Shown one piece after another: positions 19,775 to 32,285 of a stretch of DNA of 64,000 nucleotides (its first letter is position 1; each line of letters opens with the position of its first letter). Made by a program: the position numbers and the translations under genes. This DNA is from Deltaproteobacteria bacterium RBG_16_49_23. GTDB taxonomy: Bacteria > Desulfobacterota > BSN033 > UBA1163. The stretch spans positions 1,740 to 65,739 of the forward strand of contig MGQQ01000025.1 in the NCBI GenBank assembly GCA_001798855.1. The letters run 5' to 3'. The notes beneath the pieces are model-generated. The model was not told where the DNA came from, ran no database searches, and saw nothing but the letters and a program-made list of their open reading frames with translations.

Positions 19775-19875
19775 CTCCCCTTTCAAGGGGGAGGTTGGGA
19801 GGGGGATGGGTTTCTATTTCCTTATGAGCTTTATCGTCCCATCCCCACCCTAACCCTCCCCTTGAAGGGGCGGGA
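19775..19875. repeat. Long inverted-repeat palindromic element
   Basis: CTCCCCTTTCAAGGGGGAGGTTGGGAGGGGGATGGG ... CCCATCCCCACCCTAACCCTCCCCTTGAAGGGGCGGG. Confidence 0.75.
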
Positions 19876-20070
19876 ATACTTAAGTTAGCGCTCATGCCAA
19901 CCGAGGAAGGAGTTCTTTTGAAAAGGAAATATTATAAATGTTAGAGATAAATTTTCAAATTTCATGTGTTCACATAAAAATTTTAAATGATATAAGCCAC
20001 CTGGTCCCGGATATCCCAGTTTACGAATAGGAGATATGATAGCATATTTCTCGCTTCGTTGCTCCTCTTT

Positions 20071-20099
20071 TTGCGTTCCGCATCTAAAAAAGATAAAAT
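20071..20099 (+). promoter_or_regulatory. sigma70 promoter, leaderless geometry
   Basis: TTGCGT-17 nt-TAAAAT; ATG 20107 follows after 7 nt; no SD. Confidence 0.6.
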
Positions 20100-20106
20100 G
20101 TTATGA

Positions 20107-21159
20107 ATGGAACGCTGGCAGAAGATCCTTTCCGAAAGTATCACCGAACCGAAGCAATTGGCCTGTCATGTCTCAATAGACCCCGATTCACTCAGGCCTG
20201 TTGTAGCCCGTTATCCTCTCCGGATCACCCGCACCTATTTAAGCCTTATCCGGGAGATGGATGATCCCATATGGAGGCAGTGCATTCCTGACCCGCGTGA
20301 GCTGGAACAGGACGGCCTTTTGATTGATCCGCTCAACGAAGAAGGGCTCACCTGTGCACCAGGGCTCATCCACCGTTATCCCGACCGGGTCGTTCTACTG
20401 GTTTCTTCCGCCTGCCCGACTTTATGCCGGTTCTGCATGAGGAAAAACAGGATGGGGGATAAAAGAGGCTTTATAAAAGATGACTCATTTGAAGCTGCTG
20501 TGAAGTATATCGAAGGGAGGCCTGCCATACGGGATGTGATCCTTTCGGGAGGCGATCCTCTAATGCTTACCGATGATGAACTGGAAGAGATCCTGATCCG
20601 TCTTCGTAAAATTCCCCGTGTGGAGATTGTCAGGCTCAATACTCGTGCTCCTGTCACACTGCCGGAGCGCATCACCCATCGACTCTGCCGGATGCTGAAA
20701 CGATATCATCCCCTCTATGTGAACACACAGTTCAACCACCCCACAGAAATCACATCCCTGTCGGCACAAGCGTGCGCCCTGCTGGCGAATGCGGGCATCC
20801 CGCTTGGAAATCAGACCGTCTTGCTCAGAGGAGTCAACGATGACCCGGAGGTGATGAAAAGACTGATGCAGAAACTCCTGACCATCAGGGTTCGCCCCTA
20901 TTATATCCACCAGATGGATCTTGTAAAAGGAACAGGCCATTTCCGTACTCCTCTCCAGAAAGGATTAGACATCATGGCAGGATTAAGAGGACACACCTCG
21001 GGCATGGCAACCCCTGCCTATGTCATCGACCTGCCTGGAGGAAAAGGAAAGGTCCCCCTCCTCCCCGACGGTGTGAAAAGACAGGGAAACACTTTCTATC
21101 TGCGCAATTATCTTGGTGAGGTCATCGAATACCCGGATGGCGAAGCGGACAATTGCTAA
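20107..21159 (+). CDS. KamA-family radical SAM lysine 2,3-aminomutase (EpmB-like)
   Basis: HRYPDRV, CPTLCRFCMR, SGGDPL, NQTVLLRGVND, DLPGGKGK; short 350-aa form next to epmA/efp. Confidence 0.92.
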   Translation: MERWQKILSESITEPKQLACHVSIDPDSLRPVVARYPLRITRTYLSLIREMDDPIWRQCIPDPRELEQDGLLIDPLNEEGLTCAPGLIHRYPDRVVLLVSSACPTLCRFCMRKNRMGDKRGFIKDDSFEAAVKYIEGRPAIRDVILSGGDPLMLTDDELEEILIRLRKIPRVEIVRLNTRAPVTLPERITHRLCRMLKRYHPLYVNTQFNHPTEITSLSAQACALLANAGIPLGNQTVLLRGVNDDPEVMKRLMQKLLTIRVRPYYIHQMDLVKGTGHFRTPLQKGLDIMAGLRGHTSGMATPAYVIDLPGGKGKVPLLPDGVKRQGNTFYLRNYLGEVIEYPDGEADNC

Positions 21160-21165
21160 CTGTTA

Positions 21166-21309
21166 CTAAGGAGTCCATAATTGAGAAGACATACTCCTCT
21201 GAAAATCTCCCCTCACCCCTCTTTTCCAAAGAGGGGTAATTCCTCCCTTTGGCAAAAGGAGGGAAGGAGGGATTTATCTTCAGTGTCTATACAATTATGG
21301 ACTGACTAA
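21166..21309. mobile_element. MITE family B
   Basis: TTA|CTAAGGAGTCCATAATTG...CAATTATGGACTGACTAA|TAA with two internal CCCTTT..AAAGGG-type hairpins. Confidence 0.85.
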
Positions 21310-21345
21310 TAAATGCAAATTGAATATTTTGCATTGATCACTTCA

Positions 21346-22269
21346 TCAGAGTTCCTCAGGAGTAAACGCTACCACTTCATCAATCGTTTTTGCATTCAAT
21401 AAAACCATCACCAACCGGTCCACCCCAAGAGCGATTCCCGCCGAGGGGGGCATCTCCTCCAGCTCGGTCAAAAACCTTTCAGGCACGGGATAAATCGCTT
21501 TCCCCAGCAACCGGCGGGTCTCCGTCTCCAATTGAAAAACCTTCCGTTGCTCTTCCGCATCGGCCAATTCCGAGAACGCATTGGCTATCTCCAGGCCTCC
21601 CAGGTAGAGCTCAAATCGTTCTGCCACGGTCTGATCTTCCTCCTTCAACCGTGCCATCGCCCTCCGCTTGGCAGGATAATCATAAATAAAGGTGGGCCTT
21701 TCGATTCCGAGTCGGGGATCAATATCCTGCACCATGACCTCATCGAAAAGGTCCTGTTGGAGAGCCTCCTTCGCTGAAATCTTTGCGTAACGATGAAACG
21801 CCTCTTCGACAGTCATCCTCTCCCAGGGAGACGTAAGGGAAATATTATGCTCCTGGTAAGTTATTTTCTCTTCCATTCCGAGGTCAGTCGCAAGGGTTTG
21901 AATCAATTCCTCACACTCCTCCATGAGAGAGAGATAGTCGCCGCCTTTTCGATACCACTCTAGAAGGGTAAACTCCGGGATGTGCCGGCTCCCCCTCTCC
22001 CTTTCTCTCCAACAGCGACTTATTTGAAAGATCTTTTCATATCCTGCGGCGAGCATTCGCTTCATACAGAGTTCGGGAGAGGGATGGAGAAACCATTTGC
22101 CTGAGGGGACAGAATCGATATGGGATTCCGGAGCGGGAGCAGGAATGCGATGGGGAGTCTCCACTTCCAGGTACCCCCTCTCGCTCAAGAATTGTCTTGT
22201 CTTCTGTATGATCCTTGCCCTCTGCCGGAGGGCGGCCTTTCGCCTGGCCAATGGCCAGTTCTTCGTCAC
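21346..22269 (-). CDS. epmA: EF-P lysine aminoacylase EpmA (GenX/PoxA)
   Basis: LEVETP, SPELCMKRMLAAG, EFTLLEWY, AERFELY, GIALGVDRL; no anticodon domain; directly after efp; GTG start inferred. Confidence 0.94.
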   Translation of the reverse strand: MTKNWPLARRKAALRQRARIIQKTRQFLSERGYLEVETPHRIPAPAPESHIDSVPSGKWFLHPSPELCMKRMLAAGYEKIFQISRCWRERERGSRHIPEFTLLEWYRKGGDYLSLMEECEELIQTLATDLGMEEKITYQEHNISLTSPWERMTVEEAFHRYAKISAKEALQQDLFDEVMVQDIDPRLGIERPTFIYDYPAKRRAMARLKEEDQTVAERFELYLGGLEIANAFSELADAEEQRKVFQLETETRRLLGKAIYPVPERFLTELEEMPPSAGIALGVDRLVMVLLNAKTIDEVVAFTPEEL

Positions 22270-22273
22270 GGAC

Positions 22274-22837
22274 TTATTCCTTGACCCGGGTTGAATATTC
22301 TCCGGTTCGAGTGTCAATGGTGATCAACTCGCCCTCCTGGACAAAGGGAGGAATACGCAGTTCATATCCTGTCTCAATCGTGGCGGGTTTGTAATCGGCC
22401 TTCGAGGTATCGCCTTTGACCCACATCTCTGTCTTGACCACTCTGAGATTGACAAAGTTTGGAAGTTCCACGCCAATGGCCCGCTCTCTGAACATCAATA
22501 CCTTCACATTTAAGTTGTCAATGAGAAAATATTTTGTCTCTCCCAGCGCATCCTCATTGATGATGATCTGTTCGTAGGTTTGATTGTCCATGAAATAGTA
22601 ATGATCACCCTCTTTATATAGATACTGCATGGGCCTCTCTTCCAATGAGGCGTGTTCGAAGGTATCTCCCTCGCGATAGGTTCGATCGATGGTGAATCCG
22701 GTGATCATATTTTTCAGTTTTGTCCTGTAAAGGGCTTGGCCTTTCCCCGGTTTGGAGAATTCAAAAACCGTGACGACATAAGGCTCATTATCGATCGTGA
22801 CCTTCAAACCCTTTCTTAAATCCGAAGCTGTGTACAT
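22274..22837 (-). CDS. efp: Elongation factor P
   Basis: DLRKG, KPGKGQA (modifiable Lys), KPATIETG, IDTRTGEY. Confidence 0.98.
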   Translation of the reverse strand: MYTASDLRKGLKVTIDNEPYVVTVFEFSKPGKGQALYRTKLKNMITGFTIDRTYREGDTFEHASLEERPMQYLYKEGDHYYFMDNQTYEQIIINEDALGETKYFLIDNLNVKVLMFRERAIGVELPNFVNLRVVKTEMWVKGDTSKADYKPATIETGYELRIPPFVQEGELITIDTRTGEYSTRVKE

Positions 22838-22856
22838 AGTTCAACCTTTCTTTTTT

Positions 22857-23028
22857 GTAACAATTTAGCTGTTTGAAGAAACTTGTAAAATCCCTCCCCA
22901 CCTCCCTTTGCCCCCCGGGTCAGAGACCGCTCTGGGTCGGAGACCAAAGGGAGGAAAAGGAATTTCCCCCTTTTGACAAAGGGGGATGAAGGGGGATTAG
23001 ATATTTTTTTAAAGCGCTAAAGTGATAC
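22857..23028. mobile_element. MITE family A with nested micro-element F
   Basis: Termini GTAACAATTTAGC/GCTAAAGTGATAC; near-identical to 23670-23841; lies about 20 nt upstream of the efp start. Confidence 0.9.
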
Positions 23029-23106
23029 CCTTTTTAAAATTCACGAATGGAACGAATAACTAATCGTTCGGTATTATTCGTTATCATTCGCCCAATTCGC
23101 TTTAGG

Positions 23107-23619
23107 TTAAAAATTATAAAAGAACCGGTTACGCATCCGCTCAGCCATAAACCTTCCCAGCAATTGAATGGCCGCGGCCTTGTTCGATTCGCTGACGAGA
23201 ATATTTTGAGAGGTGCGATAGACTCTGGTGTCGGAAAGATCCTTCTCCATCCAGAGGATTTCCCCGGTCTTCTTTCTTAACGTTAAATCGATGACCACCG
23301 CAGTCTGGTATTCCTGGGCAATTCCGGACCGGTCATAGGAGACCGAATAGATCTGAAAGGATTTAATCACCCCTTCCAGAACAGAATCCGCTTCATCCCG
23401 CCCAACTACCTTCACCCTCCGGTCTTGAATAAATTCCCTCAAAAAACCCTGTGTGAAAGGGACCTCAATGCCGGGCTCAAAGGTCTGGTTGACAAAGGTG
23501 GGGATGGCGAGAGAGGCAATGCCGGGTGGACGATGGGTATCCTTTCCAACCATCTGGTATCCACAACCTGCCAATAGAACGATACAAACAATAGAAAGAA
23601 ACTTTTTCAAAAATTGCAT
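23107..23619 (-). CDS. lptE: LPS assembly lipoprotein LptE
   Basis: Lipobox LLAGCGY; position immediately downstream of leuS. Confidence 0.85.
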   Translation of the reverse strand: MQFLKKFLSIVCIVLLAGCGYQMVGKDTHRPPGIASLAIPTFVNQTFEPGIEVPFTQGFLREFIQDRRVKVVGRDEADSVLEGVIKSFQIYSVSYDRSGIAQEYQTAVVIDLTLRKKTGEILWMEKDLSDTRVYRTSQNILVSESNKAAAIQLLGRFMAERMRNRFFYNF

Positions 23620-23669
23620 AGCAGCTTGGACCCTTTCTCCAAAATTCCAATAACCAAATTCCAATCACC

Positions 23670-23841
23670 GTAACAATTTAGCTGTTTGAAAAACTTTTAA
23701 AATCCCTCCCCGCCTCCCTTTGCCCCCCGGGTCAGAGACCGCTCTGGGTCGGAGACCAAAGGGAGGAAAAGGGATTTCCCCCTTTTGACAAAGGGGGATG
23801 AAGGGGGATTAGATATTTTTTTCAAAGCGCTAAAGTGATAC
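23670..23841. mobile_element. MITE family A with nested micro-element F
   Basis: Same termini; perfect 8-bp flanking duplication CAATCACC (23662-69 and 23842-49); interrupts a heptamer tract at about 23640-23950. Confidence 0.92.
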
Positions 23842-23954
23842 CAATCACCAAATAATAACCAATTATCCAGGCACCAATTATTATTATTTTTTGGTTATTG
23901 AAAATTGGAGCTTATTTGATTATTGGGATTTGGTGATTGGTTATTCCCAAACAA

Positions 23955-26552
23955 TCAACATACAATATTGACCAGTTTCTGAGGCACGAGGATCACCCGT
24001 TTGATCGCTTTGCCCGCAACCAGTTTTTGAATCCTCTCGCTCTTCAAAGCCCAGGTCTTGATCTCTTCCTCTCCATAAGAGGCGGGCACCGTGATGCGGT
24101 CTCTCACTTTTCCATGGACCTGGACGACGATCAGAACTTCATCCTCCGAGACAGCCTCCGGATCATAATCGGGCCAGTCCTTCTTGATGACAGATTCCTT
24201 ATTCCCCAAACCCTCCCAGAGTTCCTCGGCGAAGTGGGGAACGAATGGCGAAAGCAGGATGATGGCTGCTTCAATCGCCTCTCTCATCAACCTTCTTGAG
24301 GTTTCATCCTCCCTGTTCTTCACCTCCGAGGTATAGATTTCGTTCACCAGTTCCATGATCGCGCTGATGGCCGTGTTGAAATGAAATCGCTCGATATCCT
24401 CGGTCACCTTCTTGATCGTCTTATGGGTTTTCTGGCGGAGGAGTTTTGCATCACCCTCTAACGAAGTCCCGAAAGGAAGGGAAGCCGCATCTCGGAGCCG
24501 GGAATGCTGTTCGGAAAAGAGCCTCCATACCCGGTTGAGAAAACGGAACGACCCTTCCACACCCAGATCGCTCCAGTCCAGGTCTTTTTCGGGTGGGGCG
24601 GCAAAGAGGCAGAAGATTCTTGCCGTATCCGCGCCAAACTTTTCGACCAGATACTCCGGATCGACCACATTCCTCTTTGACTTCGACATCTTCTCAAGCC
24701 TTCCTGCAGTGACCTGGCCGCCGCACTTGCGGCAGCGAAAGGCCTCTCCTTCCCTCTCCACTTCATCAGGGAAGAGATATCCATCCTTCGGACACTCCAG
24801 AACCTCTTTGCAAACCATTCCCTGAGTGAGGAGGTTGGTGAAGGGTTCCTTGACGCTCAACCATCCCATCTCCTTCAGGACGCGGGTGAAGAAGCGGGAA
24901 TAGAGGAGGTGGAGAATGGCATGCTCAATGCCGCCGATGTATTGATCCACAGGCATCCAGTAATCAACCCTCTTCTTATCGAGAGGCCCTTCATGATAGT
25001 CCGGGCAGGCAAATCGATCAAAATACCATGAGGATTCGACAAAGGTGTCCATGGTGTCCGTTTCTCTGCGGCCCGCTCCGCCGCATTTGGGACATCTTGC
25101 TTCAACAAACTCTTTTGCGCTTACCAGAGGCGATTCCCCCATTCCTGTGACTTCCACATCGGACGGAAGGAGGACAGGAAGGTCCCTTTCTGGAACCGGA
25201 ACAGTCCCGCACTTCTCACAGTATATAATAGGAATGGGAGCTCCCCAGTAACGCTGCCTGGAGATCCCCCAATCCCTCAACCGGTAACTGATCTTCTCTC
25301 CGCCTAATCCTTTCTCCTCGAGGTGCTTTGCAATCTCCTCCCTCGCCTTCATGCTGCTCATTCCATTAAACTTCCCTGAGTTGACCAGACCCCCCTCTCC
25401 CTCATAGGCTTGGGTCATGGTGTTCGCATTCAAGGCTTGATCTTCCTGCTGAATCACAACGATGAGAGGAAGTCCGTACTGCTTGGCAAATTCAAAATCT
25501 CTCTGGTCATGGGTGGGAACAGCCATTACAGCGCCTGTCCCGTATTCCATCAGGACAAAATTGGCAACGAAGATGGGCATTCTGGCCTCTGTCACCGGAT
25601 TGAGGCAATAACCGCCCGTGAAGACACCCTCTTTCTCCGTTGTGGGAGAGGTCCTCTTCATCCGGTCTTGCCGTTTCATCTTCTCGACAAAATCCTTCAC
25701 CTCTTTCTCCTGGGCGGTCCCCTTCGAAAGGGTCAGGGCAAGAGGATGCTCCGGAGCAAGGCTCATAAAGGTAGCGCCAAAGACCGTGTCCTGCCGGGTG
25801 GTGAAGACCTTGATCGTTTCCTTTGAATGCTCCAGAGGAAAATGAATCTCGGCTCCAATCGACTTTCCAATCCAGTTTCTCTGCATGGTGAGGACGCGCT
25901 CCGGCCATCCGGGAAGTTTATCGCACCACTCCAGGAGGTCCTCGGCATAATCGGTGATCTTGAAGAACCATTGTTCCAGATCCTTCTGGGTGACCCCCGG
26001 ATCATCGGCATGGCCCCGCCAGCAGGTCCCGTCGCCCATCACCTGCTCGTTGGCCAGAACGGTCTTGCAGATTTCACACCAGTTGACCGTGGACCGTTTC
26101 TTATAGGCCAGTCCCTTTTCATACATTTTCAGGAAGAAGAGCTGTTCCCACCGGTAGTACGAGGCATCACAGGTGGCAAACTCCCGGTCCCAGTCATAAC
26201 TGATGCCCATTCGCTTCAACTGCCTCTTCATGTATTCGATATTCTCATAGGTCCATTTGGCAGGATGGACACCGTGTTCGATGGCGGCATTCTCTGCGGG
26301 CATCCCAAAAGCATCCCATGCCATGGGATGAAGGACATTAAACCCTTTCATCTTCTTGTACCGTGCAACGACATCGCCAATGGAGTAGTTACGCACATGG
26401 CCCATGTGGATCTTACCCGATGGATAGGGAAACATCTCAAGAAGATAATACTTCTTCCTGTTCTCATCTTCCGTCACTTTGAAGAGCTTCAGATTCTCCC
26501 AGACCCTCTGCCATTTCTCTTCAATCTCTTTCGGGCTATACTTCGAATTCAT
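23955..26552 (-). CDS. leuS: Leucine--tRNA ligase
   Basis: [13 protein letters not shown], editing domain FTTR..GTGAVM, KMSKS. Confidence 0.99.
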   Translation of the reverse strand: MNSKYSPKEIEEKWQRVWENLKLFKVTEDENRKKYYLLEMFPYPSGKIHMGHVRNYSIGDVVARYKKMKGFNVLHPMAWDAFGMPAENAAIEHGVHPAKWTYENIEYMKRQLKRMGISYDWDREFATCDASYYRWEQLFFLKMYEKGLAYKKRSTVNWCEICKTVLANEQVMGDGTCWRGHADDPGVTQKDLEQWFFKITDYAEDLLEWCDKLPGWPERVLTMQRNWIGKSIGAEIHFPLEHSKETIKVFTTRQDTVFGATFMSLAPEHPLALTLSKGTAQEKEVKDFVEKMKRQDRMKRTSPTTEKEGVFTGGYCLNPVTEARMPIFVANFVLMEYGTGAVMAVPTHDQRDFEFAKQYGLPLIVVIQQEDQALNANTMTQAYEGEGGLVNSGKFNGMSSMKAREEIAKHLEEKGLGGEKISYRLRDWGISRQRYWGAPIPIIYCEKCGTVPVPERDLPVLLPSDVEVTGMGESPLVSAKEFVEARCPKCGGAGRRETDTMDTFVESSWYFDRFACPDYHEGPLDKKRVDYWMPVDQYIGGIEHAILHLLYSRFFTRVLKEMGWLSVKEPFTNLLTQGMVCKEVLECPKDGYLFPDEVEREGEAFRCRKCGGQVTAGRLEKMSKSKRNVVDPEYLVEKFGADTARIFCLFAAPPEKDLDWSDLGVEGSFRFLNRVWRLFSEQHSRLRDAASLPFGTSLEGDAKLLRQKTHKTIKKVTEDIERFHFNTAISAIMELVNEIYTSEVKNREDETSRRLMREAIEAAIILLSPFVPHFAEELWEGLGNKESVIKKDWPDYDPEAVSEDEVLIVVQVHGKVRDRITVPASYGEEEIKTWALKSERIQKLVAGKAIKRVILVPQKLVNIVC

Positions 26553-26559
26553 GCCTTCC

Positions 26560-26648
26560 TCGTCATTGGTCCATTGAGTTATCGGGTTATTGAGTTATTG
26601 GGTTTTCTTGATGCAACTCATAACTCTTAACTCATAATTCTAAACTCG
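26560..26648. repeat. Mirror-symmetric short-unit tract
   Basis: GAGTTATT/GGGTTATT units then AACTCAT/AACTCTT complements. Confidence 0.6.
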
Positions 26649-27851
26649 TTATCCTCTCATCATCCTTCTAATTCGAAGTCTTAAGGCGTTCAGCTTGATA
26701 AAACCCTCCGCATCTTTCTGATTGTAGACGGTGTCCCTTTCAAAGGTCGCAAAGGCCCCGTGGTAGAGAGACTTCTCCGATTTTCGGCCGATCACCGTGC
26801 AATTTCCTTTATAGAGTTTCAGCCGGACTGCACCGGTGACATTCTTCTGCATCTCATCGAGCGCCTTCTTCAGAACATCCATTTCCGGTGAAAACCAGTA
26901 ACCATAATAAATGAGCTCCGAGATCTTCGGAATCAGGCTATCCCGCAGATGCATCACCTCCCGGTCCATCGTCATCGACTCAACAGCCCGGTGGGCGGTG
27001 TAGAGAATCGTCCCCCCGGGCGTCTCATAAACTCCTCTTGACTTCATTCCCACGTAGCGGTTCTCCACCATGTCGACACGCCCAATGCCATTCCTGCCTC
27101 CTATCTCATTCAACCGGGCCAGCAGGTTCGCAGGCGAAAGCTCCTGGCCGTCAACCCGCTTTGGAATGCCGTCCTCAAAATCGATTTCGACCACCGTGGG
27201 ACGATCCGGCGCCTTTTCAGGTGAGACAGAGAGGATAAACATATTCTCAGGCGGCTCTGCCCAGGGGTCTTCGAGAATCCCTCCCTCAAAACTGATGTGA
27301 AGGAGATTCCGGTCGGACGAGTAGGGTTTCTCTTTTGTGACCGGGATGGGAATGCCGTTCTCACGTGCATAAGCCATCAACTCCTCACGCGATGTGAATT
27401 TCCATTCTCTCCAGGGAGAGATCACCCGGACATAAGGATTGAGGGCATAGTAGGTCAGCTCAAATCGAACCTGATCATTCCCCTTCCCGGTGGACCCATG
27501 AGCCACGGCATCCGCTCCCTCCAGCTGGGCGATCTCGATCTGTCTCTTTGCGATCAGGGGTCGGGCAATGGAGGTGCCAAGGAGGTAAGTCCCCTCATAA
27601 ACGGCATTGGCCTTCAGCGCTGTGAAAACAAAATCCCGTACGAACTCCTCCCGGAGGTCTTCAATATAGACCTTGCTTGCGCCTGTTGAGATCGCCTTCT
27701 CCTCCAGGTGGTCCAGTTCTTCTGCCTGTCCGATATCCGCGGTAAAAGCAATCACCTCGCATCCGAACTCATTCTTCAACCACTTCAGAATGATAGACGT
27801 ATCCAGGCCGCCTGAGTAAGCCAGAACCACTTTTTTCACTTCACCTTTCAT
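26649..27851 (-). CDS. argG: Argininosuccinate synthase
   Basis: [32 protein letters not shown]. Confidence 0.99.
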   Translation of the reverse strand: MKGEVKKVVLAYSGGLDTSIILKWLKNEFGCEVIAFTADIGQAEELDHLEEKAISTGASKVYIEDLREEFVRDFVFTALKANAVYEGTYLLGTSIARPLIAKRQIEIAQLEGADAVAHGSTGKGNDQVRFELTYYALNPYVRVISPWREWKFTSREELMAYARENGIPIPVTKEKPYSSDRNLLHISFEGGILEDPWAEPPENMFILSVSPEKAPDRPTVVEIDFEDGIPKRVDGQELSPANLLARLNEIGGRNGIGRVDMVENRYVGMKSRGVYETPGGTILYTAHRAVESMTMDREVMHLRDSLIPKISELIYYGYWFSPEMDVLKKALDEMQKNVTGAVRLKLYKGNCTVIGRKSEKSLYHGAFATFERDTVYNQKDAEGFIKLNALRLRIRRMMRG

Positions 27852-27867
27852 TGAAACCTCCTTACCA

Positions 27868-27955
27868 AGTCAATGGTCAATATTCAATGGTCAATTGGCA
27901 ATTGTCATTAATCATTGTTTATTGGTCATTGACTGTTGATAATTGATCATTGTTA
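27868..27955. repeat. Mirror-symmetric heptamer tract overlapping the argD 3' end
   Basis: TCAATGG/TCAATAT units then CATTGAC/AATTGAT. Confidence 0.65.
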
Positions 27956-29142
27956 ATTTTTTTAAAGACTCCTTCCAACGCCTTGATCATCCGGTCCACT
28001 TCTTCCTCCGTGACGATGAGAGGGGGTAGGAACCGCAGCACATTGTTCATCGTGCAATTGATGAGAAACCCCTTCTGCATCATCTCCCTGACGATCCCCG
28101 CTCCCTCCATTTTCAGTTCCAGGCCGAGGATTAATCCTCTTCCACGGACATCCTGTACAAAAGGAAATTTCTTCTTGACTTCCTCGAGTCTGGAAAGGAA
28201 GTATTCCCCGACCCTCCGGCAATTCTCCAGCATCCCTTCCTCCAGGATCGCATTCAGGGCAGCCACACCCGCTGCCATTGCCAGAAAATTTCCTCCAAAG
28301 GTGGAGGCATGATCTCCCGGCTCAAAACTTTTGGCAATCTCTTCCCTGATCAACAGGGCTCCGATGGGAACGCCTCCTGCCAGCGATTTGGCAAGGGTGA
28401 GCATATCCGGCTCGATGTTCTCATGCTCATAGGCGAAGAGTTTTCCGGTCCTTCCCATCCCAACCTGGACTTCATCCAGAATGAGAAGGACCCCCTTCTC
28501 ATCGCAGGTCTCCCGGAGTGACTTGAGATAGCCCTCGGAAGGAATATTGACTCCCCCTTCCCCCTGGATTGGCTCCAAAAGCACGGCGCAGGTCTTCGGC
28601 CCGATCGCGTCTCTCACCGCTTTGAGATCATTGAAAGGGACATATTTAAAACCAGGCATCAGAGGTCCATAGCCTTTGTGATACTTTTTTTGAGCCGTGG
28701 CCGTCAGGGTGGCGAGTGTTCTTCCATGAAAGGAGTTTTCCATGGTGATCACTTCGTATCGATCCTCTCCGATCTTCTCCTTTGCATATTTTCTTGCGAG
28801 TTTCAGCGCTCCTTCATTGGCCTCTGCCCCGCTGTTGCAGAAAAAGACCTTGCCGGCAAAGGAGTGTTCACAGAGAAGAGAAGCCAACTGGATCTGGGGT
28901 TCGATGTAGTAGAGATTTGAGACATGGATCAGTTTTTCCGCCTGATCCTGAATCGCCTTCACGACCTTCGGATGGCAGTGGCCCAGATTGCACACCGCAA
29001 GCCCTGCAAAAAAATCGATATACTCTTTCCCCTCGAGATCCCAAACCCGGGTCCCCTTCCCCCTGACCGGAAGGATGGGAAAACGGTTATAGGTGTGGGC
29101 GATATACTTTTCCGATAACATCATCAAGGTCTGAGAATCCAT
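27919..29142 (-). CDS. argD: Acetylornithine aminotransferase
   Basis: FCNSGAEANE, SFHGRT, EPIQGEGG, DEVQ, LAKSLAGG; between argB and argG. Confidence 0.96.
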   Translation of the reverse strand: MDSQTLMMLSEKYIAHTYNRFPILPVRGKGTRVWDLEGKEYIDFFAGLAVCNLGHCHPKVVKAIQDQAEKLIHVSNLYYIEPQIQLASLLCEHSFAGKVFFCNSGAEANEGALKLARKYAKEKIGEDRYEVITMENSFHGRTLATLTATAQKKYHKGYGPLMPGFKYVPFNDLKAVRDAIGPKTCAVLLEPIQGEGGVNIPSEGYLKSLRETCDEKGVLLILDEVQVGMGRTGKLFAYEHENIEPDMLTLAKSLAGGVPIGALLIREEIAKSFEPGDHASTFGGNFLAMAAGVAALNAILEEGMLENCRRVGEYFLSRLEEVKKKFPFVQDVRGRGLILGLELKMEGAGIVREMMQKGFLINCTMNNVLRFLPPLIVTEEEVDRMIKALEGVFKKINNDQLSTVNDQ

Positions 29143-29241
29143 AACCACTCCTTTAACCGGAAAAATGGAATGTTGGAATAATGGGTCATATTCTAGAATA
29201 AACCTGTCATGTCAGTATTCCAGTGTTCCATTATTCCAGAG

Positions 29242-30144
<903 letters not shown>

Positions 30145-30164
30145 TCATCAATAAAATGTGACAT

Positions 30165-30236
30165 TCTGATTTAAGATTTCAAATTGCAGATTGCGGATTT
30201 TTCAATCTGAAATCTAAAATCTAAAATTTGAAATTC
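30165..30236. repeat. Mirror-symmetric heptamer tract
   Basis: AGATTTC/AGATTGC then AATCTGA/AATCTAA; the same unit occurs at about 19683-19725. Confidence 0.65.
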
Positions 30237-31564
<1,328 letters not shown>

Positions 31565-31568
<4 letters not shown>

Positions 31569-32110
31569 AACTCCTCGATGAGGATGCGGTCATTGGTGTA
31601 AATGCAGATGGAAGCCGCTATCTTCATTGACTCCTCTGCAATGGCTCTCGCATCTAAGTCTGAGAACTGGATCAGGGCTTTGGCCGCAGCTTGGGCATAA
31701 GGCCCGCCGCTCCCGATGGCAGTCACCCCGTCGTCCGGTTCGATGACATCTCCGTTGCCGGAGATGACCAGGGAATGATCTTTGTCCGCAATGATGAGCA
31801 GGGCCTCGAGCCTCCTCAGGATACGGTCCGTTCTCCAATCCTTGGCCAGCTCCACCGCCGCCCTGAGCAGGTTCCCGTTATACTGTTCCAGCTTCTCCTC
31901 AAATTTGGCAAAGAGGGTGAAGGCATCCGCAGTCGCACCTGCAAATCCGGCAAGGACCCTGTCCTGGTAGATCCTTCGAACCTTTCTCGCCGTGTGCTTC
32001 ATTACCGTATGCTCAAGGGTGACCTGTCCATCTCCTGCCATAACGACCTTTCCTTTATGCCGGATACATATAATGGTCGTCCCATGCATTTTGTGCATCA
32101 GATTCTCCAT
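31565..32110 (-). CDS. hslV: ATP-dependent protease subunit HslV
   Basis: [26 protein letters not shown]. Confidence 0.99.
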
Positions 32111-32185
32111 AGTTCACCATTCATGGTTTATCGTTCATGGTTCATGGTTCATCGTCCGTCGTCTACCTTAAATCTTCCAACCTCA

Positions 32186-32269
32186 TAACGCCCCCCAACC
32201 CCCTCTTATAACCCCCCCCTCTATTCCCCCCTTAGTTTAAGGGGGGAATAGAGGGGGGTTAGGGCGTTA
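32186..32269. repeat. Nested G/C-run palindrome inside a heptamer tract
   Basis: Outer TAACGCCC/GGGCGTTA; inner near-perfect hairpin TAACCCCCCCCTCTATTCCCCCCTTA-GTT-TAAGGGGGGAATAGAGGGGGGTTA. Confidence 0.75.
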
Positions 32270-32285
32270 CATCGTCTATCGTCTG

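Noticed and set aside
22857-23841. Possible CRISPR array or DGR template/variable repeat pair
   Set aside because: No regular repeat-spacer period, no cas or reverse transcriptase gene, and both copies are intergenic.
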